A DNA stretch of 63,295 nt, the filler included, from Conidiobolus incongruus B7586 (taxonomy: Eukaryota): assembly GCA_000697335.1 (NCBI GenBank). It is 29 parts of 29 records of this genome, joined end to end, with 100 filler letters (N's around TTAATTAATTAA, not from the genome) between each part and the next. Parts side by side here need not be neighbours in the genome. Positions count along the whole stretch, not along the records: positions 54,287 to 55,913 come from JNEM01000619.1; positions 56,014 to 57,216 come from JNEM01000620.1; positions 57,317 to 58,596 come from JNEM01000621.1; positions 58,697 to 59,890 come from JNEM01000622.1; positions 59,991 to 61,312 come from JNEM01000623.1; positions 61,413 to 63,295 come from JNEM01000624.1; 23 more parts are not named here. One strand, 5' to 3'. Of this stretch, positions 54,648 to 63,295 are shown piece by piece. The notes below the pieces were generated by a model. The model had not been told where the DNA came from. It made no database searches and saw nothing but the letters and a program-made list of their open reading frames with translations. Both the position numbers and the translations under genes were made by a program. Each line of letters begins with the position of its first letter. Positions within the stretch are counted from its first letter, which is position 1.

Positions 54648-55886
54648 TTATGATAAAATTAAAGAAATAGGAAATTTTTTAATTTGTGATTTTTTAAGCT
54701 TACTATTTATTTCAAATAAAAAAATAATTTTTTAAAATTGGTTGTTTAATTTAACTATACTTAAATTAAATAATTATAATCAAAAGTTTTTTATTTTAGT
54801 ATTAATAATATATATCCATAAATTATTTAAAATTATTTAAAATTCATAAGCAACTTTTAATAATAAAATATTATCTAAATTTACAATTTATTAAAAGATA
54901 AATTACTTTAAAATTAGTAGAGAAACTATTCAAATCTTATTAAAAACTAAAAGATTAATTTTAATTATCATTCTTCTAATTATTGATAAAATAAATAAAT
55001 ATATTAAAATATACCTTTTTATTTCAGATAAAGAATTATTTAATTTCTTTAAAATTAGTTTTATAAGTATTTTATATATATTAAAGTTTAAACTCAAATT
55101 AATAAATGAAAATATATAATAGATACCTTATAGTTTAACTAAGGCTTAGAAAAAAGCAAAAGTAGTTATTATTAAACAAAATTTACTAAAATAGTACTAG
55201 AAGCTTAAACCTTTATAACAAATAATTACAATTGATGAATCTTAGATTTTTATATATAATCCTTTATTAAAACACAAATCAAAATGTTAGATTAAGCTAA
55301 ATTAATCTTTTTTACAAATCATTTTAAATAAACACTTTATTAATAAATGAATGTTAATTATTGTAATAGATTATAATAGTATATGCTATTTTTATTTAGT
55401 TCCTGAAGGAAAATTAATTAATAGTAAACTCTATACAGCTATTTTAAATAAAAGTATTTTTAATTAGTATTCTTAATAAAATTTGAGAAAACCTATTATT
55501 TTATATAATAATTAAAAAATATATAAATTTAAGGTTATAAAAAAATTACTAATTAAAAATAACTGGAAAAAACTACCACATTTAATATATTTTTTAGATT
55601 ATAACCTATGTGATTATAATTGCTTTAAGCAATTAAAAAACTAGTTTGTAGGAAAGAAAATTTCTATAAGAAAATATAATTAGTTTGTGAAATATCAAAT
55701 TTTAGTTTTTAATAAAAAAAAATTTTTTTTTAGGTATTAGATCTTTATTAAAAATATAACAAAAAGTTACTAATAATAAAAAAAACTATTAAATTAATAT
55801 TATATATTTATTTTTATATATTATATATTAAAATATTTATTTATTTTGAATCATAAATAATTTCCATTATTAAAAATACAGAGTAA
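54648..55886 (+). mobile_element. Full-length mariner copy with a short 5' UTR deletion
   Basis: Right TIR TTTCCATTATTAAAAATACAGAGTAA|TA. Contains IITIDES* and NWKKLPH..DYNLCDYNC, with D34D spacing counted here. Confidence 0.88.
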
Positions 55887-56013
55887 TATTAATAAAAAAA
55901 TTTAATATATCAANNNNNNNNNNNNNNNNNNNNNNNNNNNNNNNNNNNNNNNNNNNNTTAATTAATTAANNNNNNNNNNNNNNNNNNNNNNNNNNNNNNN
56001 NNNNNNNNNNNNN

Positions 56014-57216
56014 ATAAGAAAATAAATATTTTCAAATTATATATATATATATATATATATTCAATTTTAATTATTTTTTTGTTAAAATATTTTGATTTTA
56101 AAATTTATATTTAAATTTAATTATATTTAAACTAAATTGTAATTATTAAAAGGTTTTTATTTTTATATTTTTAAAACTTAATCATAAACCCTGTAAAATC
56201 ATCTAAAACTTATAAATAACTTATAAAGATAGTGGTTTATCTAAAAATACCATATATCAATAGATTTGTGATTTTAAAGCTAGAAAGGATATTATTTAAA
56301 ATTTACTAAAATTTAAAAAACTAATTTCTATTGTTATTTTTTTACTTACCAATAAAGTAAAAAAAATATATTAAGAAATACCTTTATATTTTTGTTAAAG
56401 AATTATTAAAGCAATTTAATATTAATTATAAAAGCATGTTATATTTATTTAAGTTTAAACTTAGATTAATTAATAAAAATATAAAATAGATATCTTATAA
56501 TTTAACAAAAGCCTAAAAGAAAACTGGAGTAATTATAGCTAAACTAAACTTATTAAGATATAACTAAAAATAAAGGTTTTTATAGCAAATACTTATAAAT
56601 TGAATTTTAAATTCCTTTATATAATCCTTTACCTAAAAATAAGACAAAATATTAGATTAACCTAAATTAATCCCTTTTATAAATTTAAATGAATAAGTAT
56701 TTTAAATATAAGTAAATATTAAATATAGTAATAAATTATAATGGTATATGGGTTTTTTATTTAATATCTTAAGGAAAATTAATTAATAATAAGCTATATA
56801 TTATCTTTTTAAATAAAATAATTTCTAAATGGTGTTTTTAATATAAATTAAAGACACCTATTATTTTACATAATAATTGCAAAATATATAAAGTTAAAGC
56901 TATAAAAGATTTTTTATATAAAAAAATTAAAAGGAGTTACTATATCTAGTATATTTACCTGATTATAACCCATATGATTATAATTGTTTTAGATAATTAA
57001 AAAAATAGCTTACAAGAAAAAAATTCCTGCAAATAAATTAAATTGGTTTGTAAAATAACAAATTTCAGTTTTTAATAAAAAGAACTATTTTTTAAATATT
57101 AAAAGATTATCAAAAATATAGAAAAGAGTTATTAATAATAAAAGAGGCTAATAATTTTATATTATTCATTAATTTTTATATATTATTTATTAATTTTTTT
57201 ATTTAATTTCAATTTT
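56014..57216 (+). mobile_element. Mariner copy (second subfamily), ends cut by spacers
   Basis: YLPDYNPYDYNCFR region (~56950-56990). Provides the empty sites for the insertions at 21186 and 22693. Confidence 0.85.
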
Positions 57217-58984
57217 NNNNNNNNNNNNNNNNNNNNNNNNNNNNNNNNNNNNNNNNNNNNTTAATTAATTAANNNNNNNNNNNNNNNNNNNNNNNNNNNN
57301 NNNNNNNNNNNNNNNNAATAAAAATATAAATGATTTTGATTTTATTACTTATTTTATCAATATTTCCATATTATGGTTTAAATATAAGATGATATAGAAT
57401 AAAATCTTTTAAATTAAAATAATTATAAAAAATTAAAATATATATCAGAATAATTAATTATTTAAATATAATAATAAATTAAGGAAATTATATTAACTCG
57501 ACTATAATAAAAGTATATTCAATTAATAATTTATTATAAAATATAAGCTTTTTTGAAAATATCTTGATAATATATTGTTATAAAAATATTTTTTAAGTTA
57601 TTAATTATTTATTTATTGATATATATGATACTTTATATTATAATTAAAATGATATATTGAATAAAAAAAGTATAAGAATTAGTATATTCAATAAATCCAA
57701 CATTTTATAATTTATTTAACGATAATTGCTTTAGCTAATTATAAAGTATATCTATAAAATTCTGATAAATAAATGAAATTTTTCTTAGCAATTATTAATG
57801 TCATTTTTTGTAAATAATTAGTTTTTTAGGCGTTAGAATTTATGAATTATATTATAAAAAGTTATTAATGATAGAGGAAAGTATAAATTATATATTAACT
57901 ATTATTTTCTATTATATTTAATAAATTATTAAGACCTTAATTTGAACAAATGAATAATTCGAAATCTCTAATAATAATAAATAAAATATTAGTAAATTGT
58001 TATAATGTCAAAGATAATCTTTTTATATAATCGTATCAATAAGGTTTAACACCGGTGGTTTTTAGAATTGAGTTTAGATTTAATAATTTAATTGACTCTT
58101 TTTTACAGTTTAAAGCTTGATGCTAATAAAGATTAATTACAAGAAACTGTGTTAATTATAATAATCTATTCAGGTTTTAATTTAATACTAATAAATCCCC
58201 TCAAAACCAATAAAAATTCCTTTAATATTAAATATCCCTTTATAAAAATTCTTAACTTTGATAATAATATTATTATTATAACTTACCCTTGCTTTAAAAT
58301 AATTTGGTAATTTGTTATAATTTCAACTGAAGTAAAATAACACTCAGATTTCAAAATAATTCAATTGTTTCAATATATTTTCAACTTTAGTAAGAAATTT
58401 TTAATTTTTTTAATATTATTTTAAAAAATGGCAAATTTATTAATTTCTGATTTTTCAAAACTATCAATAAGTTTGAAAAATCAAATAGAAATAAAATATA
58501 TAAGAGTTGATATTTTTAATATAAAAATACTCAATAATTTATTTATATTTAAATATATTTAATTTGAAATTTAATATTATATTTATTTTTTTAAAANNNN
58601 NNNNNNNNNNNNNNNNNNNNNNNNNNNNNNNNNNNNNNNNTTAATTAATTAANNNNNNNNNNNNNNNNNNNNNNNNNNNNNNNNNNNNNNNNNNNNAGTT
58701 ATTTTTATTTAAAAAATATAAGTACTTTCAATATTTTTTAAAAAAACGTAAATATTTAAAAAAAAGAATTAAAAAATTATTTTATAATTTTTATATTAAA
58801 TTTTTTTAAATAAAATAATAATAGGAGTTTTTTTATTTAATTTTATATTATAATTGTAAAAATTAAATCATAACTTATATATATTAGGGGAGTTTATATT
58901 AATGTTTATTATTATATTATAAATAATAGATTAAATAATTATTAAATTATATATACTAATTGAATAATACAATATATCTAAATA

Positions 58985-59245
58985 AATGTTGTAAATCTCC
59001 ATCGTTTATAATTCCACAGGTTTCGGGATGGTGAAAAATTGCATCTAAGTTATTATTATTGTAGGTAATGCTCTCAAATTAAAATAAAAGGCTGTGTTAG
59101 ATTTAACTTGAATTAGGCAGTGGCAAAAATAGTATTTTAGCTAGAAGAAAGGGTCTTTATTATCAAAAAAACAATATGTATTAATATTTTGGAAAATGCA
59201 ACTAAAATATTAATTATAGCTAATCAAAGCATCATCTATTAATAA
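58985..59245 (-). repeat. Second copy of the 1262-1515 dispersed repeat
   Basis: See 1262-1515. Confidence 0.7.
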
Positions 59246-59990
59246 GAACATAACTTCTCTTTCTAATATATATATTCAATAATAAATACTATTTAATTAT
59301 TGCAAAATTACAAAAAAACGTATATATAATAAATTTATTATTATTTTACTTTTATTAAATTAAAAATCCTTATAATTAACTAAACAAAGTAATTTAAGTT
59401 ATCTTTTTGGAAATATTTATAAATTTATCTCAAAAAAATTTAAAGTTATTAAGTTAATATTAGTTTTTTTAATATACAAAATTGATATATTTTATATAAT
59501 ATAAATTTCAAAAATTTTGAAAAATATATAATAAATATATTTGGTTTTTATATTTTTATTATAGTTGATATTCTTAAAATTATAATATATTTTTATTAAA
59601 TTTTAAGCTTTGATATATAAATGATTCAATAAACTAAACTAATAGACTTTATATATAATAAAAAATATATAATAAAAATATAAATCAATATAAGCTGATT
59701 AAAATTAAATTTAATAGACTTATTAATAAAATAATCAATAATTTTAATTTTTTAATAGTTTTATAAATTAAAATATAAAATGTTTTTGTATAAAAAAGTT
59801 TATTTATAATGAATTATTATTTTTTATAATTAAGTTTAAAAATAATACTAATTTTTAAAGCTTTTTGTAATAATATAATATAATTATTATNNNNNNNNNN
59901 NNNNNNNNNNNNNNNNNNNNNNNNNNNNNNNNNNTTAATTAATTAANNNNNNNNNNNNNNNNNNNNNNNNNNNNNNNNNNNNNNNNNNNN

Positions 59991-61312
59991 TAAAAGAATA
60001 TATTTAACAATATATAACCATATCTTTTTTTTCTCTTTGCTATTATTTTATATAATATTTTATAGATATATTAATTTATTTTTATTAGTATTATTATACC
60101 TGAATCCCTCTTTAAAATAATCCATTTTTATATCAATTAACTTTATAAAAATAATAAATTAATTTATAATATAGGTAGAATTATTAGTGTTAGCTAATTT
60201 ATTATAGTTAAAGATATTCAAAATATCAATAATGATATATTTAAACTTATGTATATTAGAATAATAAATAAATATAATAAAATATATATCTGTAGGTTAA
60301 TTAATATAATTAAATATGATGTTTCTATAAAAGTATAATAGGAATTATAAAACTATCCAAGAATATTAATTAATACTAATATTATTATATATATTAAATA
60401 TTATTATAGATATTACTTATACTTTAACAAAAAACACCCTCAACTAAAAAAATCCAATTATAAAGCTAAATAAAAGTTTGAATATCATTACTAATATTAA
60501 ACTAAAACTAATTAAAATAAGGTTATTTAATTTAATGAAACAAAAATATATCTTAGTAAATTTAATAAAAATGCTAGATATTTTAAAACAAATATAAAAC
60601 TATTTCATAACAATTATGTTAATTTTATTCAAAAGTATATTAATAGGTTAATTAATATTTAAGGATATAAATTATCTTTAGATATAAGGTATTTTTGTAA
60701 AGTTAATGGTGGAATTAATAATAAGATATATTAAAATATTTCAAACAATAAATTGAAAAAACTATATAATAGTATAAATGAAATAAATTTAATATAATTT
60801 CCTAGTAAGATAATATCTTTTGCTATATTATAACTTCTATTACCAAATAGCTTAAAAATAACAAGACAATAATTATAAAGTAGTATTATTAATCTTTTAA
60901 TTTTAACCTAATTGAATATCTTTAAAATTAGTTAAAAAAAGCTATTAAAGCTTTTCCCCTAGCAAAAAATTTTAATTAACTTTGGGAATATATTCAAGAA
61001 GTATAAAATCAGATTAACTCTTCTTAGTGTAAAAAGTTAATTAATTCTATACCCCATAAACTAAAAAAAATTTAAAAAAGCTAAAGATAGATATACTAAG
61101 TTTTATTTTTAATTTATAACCAAAAACCTACAAATTTATAACTTAAGTAAAATTTAAAGGTATATATTTTGACCAATAAATAACTAAATATCATGATTTA
61201 ATATATTATTAATAAATATAATAGATTTTAATTATTTAATTTAGGTTTATTTTATTAAGTATCAATAAGATAATAATAAAAATATAAATATTTTTGATTT
61301 TATTACTTATTT
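59991..61312 (+). mobile_element. Tc1 copy, both ends cut by spacers
   Basis: Collinear with 33840-35125, including CCTGAATCCCTC near the transposase start. Confidence 0.85.
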
Positions 61313-61412
61313 NNNNNNNNNNNNNNNNNNNNNNNNNNNNNNNNNNNNNNNNNNNNTTAATTAATTAANNNNNNNNNNNNNNNNNNNNNNNNNNNNNNNN
61401 NNNNNNNNNNNN

Positions 61413-61766
61413 ATTATTATTTAATATATTTGAACCTAAGTTTAAACCAAAATAAGTTATAAATTTATAAAACTATCAGCTAATAGAGTATAAATAATAA
61501 AACTTATATATATTTTTTCTTTTATTGCTATATTATATATTATTTAATTATTAATTAAATATTTTATAAACTATATTATAATACCTAAATATCTTTTTTA
61601 AAAAATTCATTTATTTATTAATCAAGTTTATAATTAAAATAAATTAATTTTTCAAATTCCTAGAATTATTAATATTAGCTAATATATTATAATTAATCTG
61701 AATAAATATAATATTAAAGATATATTTAAACTTAAACCTTAATATATCAAATTATAGATAGATATA
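61413..61766 (+). mobile_element. Degraded Tc1 5' portion (host of the following insertion)
   Basis: ATACCTAAATATCTTTTT transposase start remnant; collinear up to ATTATAGATAGATA. Confidence 0.7.
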
Positions 61767-63295
61767 CACTAGCTTGAAAAAGTAAGTAATAAAATTAAAA
61801 ATATAAATATTTCTATTATTATCTTGATCAATTCTAATTTAATCGAATGTATATTAAACTATGTAATTAATATATATATTTTTTATAATATAATATATAA
61901 AGTTATATTTAATTAATTATTAATTGATATATTAAAACTAAAAGTATACCTAAGGTGAGTTATAAATTTGCAAGTTTTAATATTGATAGAAAAATTAATA
62001 TCTAATATATCTATCTTTTGCTTTTCTAACTTTTTTAAGTTTATGAGGTATAAAATCAACTAGCTTTTTATATTAAGCAGAACTAATATTATTCCAAGCT
62101 TCTTAAATATACTTTTAAAGCTAATCTTAATTTTTTGCTGGTGGGAAAGTTTTAATTAATTTTTTTAATAAATCCTAAAGATATTCAATTGGGTTAAGAT
62201 TAAAAGATTGTGGAGGCTATTTTATAATAATTATTTTGTTATTTTTAAGCTATTTAATAGTAGAGTTTATAATATTGCAAGGGATATTATCTTATTGGAA
62301 AATAATATCTGATTTATTTAACCTATATTACTCAATAGTTTTTTAATTCATTATTTAGAATATTTTAGTATATTTCAGTATTAATTCCCTTATTAACCTT
62401 ACAAAAATACCTTATACCTAAAGATAATATATATCCCTAAATTATAATTAACCCAATATTGTATTTTTAGGTTATAATAACATAATAGTTATAAAGTAGT
62501 TTTTTATCTTTTTTAAAATATCTAGTTTTTCTATTAAATTTATTAAAACATATCTTTATTTTATCAGACTAAATAACTTTACTCTAGTTAGTTTTAGTTT
62601 AACTTTAATATAGGCATTTAAATTCTTGCCTAGCTTTATAATAAGACTTTTTTAGTTGGGGATGTTTTTTCTTAAGATATAAGTGGTATCTATTCTAACA
62701 TAAAATATACATAATAGTATCAATACTAACTAATATTCTTATATAGTCTTATAATTCTTATTGCACTTTTATAGCAATATTATATTTACTTATATTAACT
62801 AATCTATAAATATATTTTTTATTATGTTTATATATAATTTTAATATACTTAAGTTTTGATTTAGGTGTTTCTTTAGCATTATTCTTAATAACCTTAGCTA
62901 TAATAGTTTAGCTAATACTAGTAATTCTAGCAATCTCATAAGTTAATTTATTTTCATTATGAAGTTGATTAATATATAAGTAAACTTCTTTAGAAAGAGA
63001 TTTAAGCATTATAATATTAATTTTAAAATATTAGCTTAATAGTTTAATTATATATATAGTATAACAAAAGAAAAAAAAATTTATATAAGTTTTGTTATTT
63101 ATACCCTTTAATATATAAACCCACAAATTTATTGCTCACCTTAGTTAAATTTTAGGTTTTGATATATTAACCAATAATTAGTGAAATATAATCAAATATA
63201 GTTAGTTTTAATTAACTATTTTAGATAAATTAAATATTTTAATTTAAATTTATTTAATTAAGAATTATTTAAAATATAAGTAAATATATAAATAA
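61767..63295 (-). mobile_element. Tc1 nested in Tc1, running off the window end
   Basis: TA|CACTAGCTTGAAAAAGTAAGTAATAAAA and a full collinear transposase relic. Confidence 0.88.

Noticed and set aside
1..63295. Organelle genome, or an alternative genetic code (TAA/TAG = Gln), as the explanation for AT richness and in-frame stops
   Set aside because: There are no organellar genes, the intact genes end in standard TAA/TGA without internal stops, and stops vary between TE copies as expected from mutation.

Overview
This is not one contiguous locus. It is 29 short contigs (about 1.2-3.8 kb each) joined by 28 identical artificial 100-nt spacers (N44-TTAATTAATTAA-N44), so adjacency across spacers means nothing. 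The DNA is extremely AT-rich and eukaryotic, most likely fungal: the tRNA has no encoded CCA and the transposon families are eukaryotic. Most of the window is transposon remnants destroyed by dense C->T/G->A transitions, mainly CpA->TpA in the least-mutated copies, which is a RIP-like signature. The remnants are: more than 12 copies of a ~1.55 kb Tc1 (DD34E) family with long IR/DR-type ends; about 8 copies or fragments of a ~1.3 kb mariner (DD34D) family; two Ty3/gypsy families (one with a chromodomain-like tail, PPT and 3' LTR); three solo LTRs with target-site duplications; and a probable hAT relic. Many elements are nested. Only three intact genes are supported: an intronless short-chain dehydrogenase (7563-8303), a small cysteine-rich secreted protein (9940-10371, minus strand) and tRNA-Gly(GCC) (11412-11482). 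The other track ORFs are spurious or transposase remnants. I found no clear multi-gene novel system. The best leads are the RIP-like defence (with hints of length dependence), the animal-type mariner and IR/DR Tc1 in a probable fungus, a bacterial-like SDR, and several unexplained GC-richer islands. All translations and alignments were done by eye.
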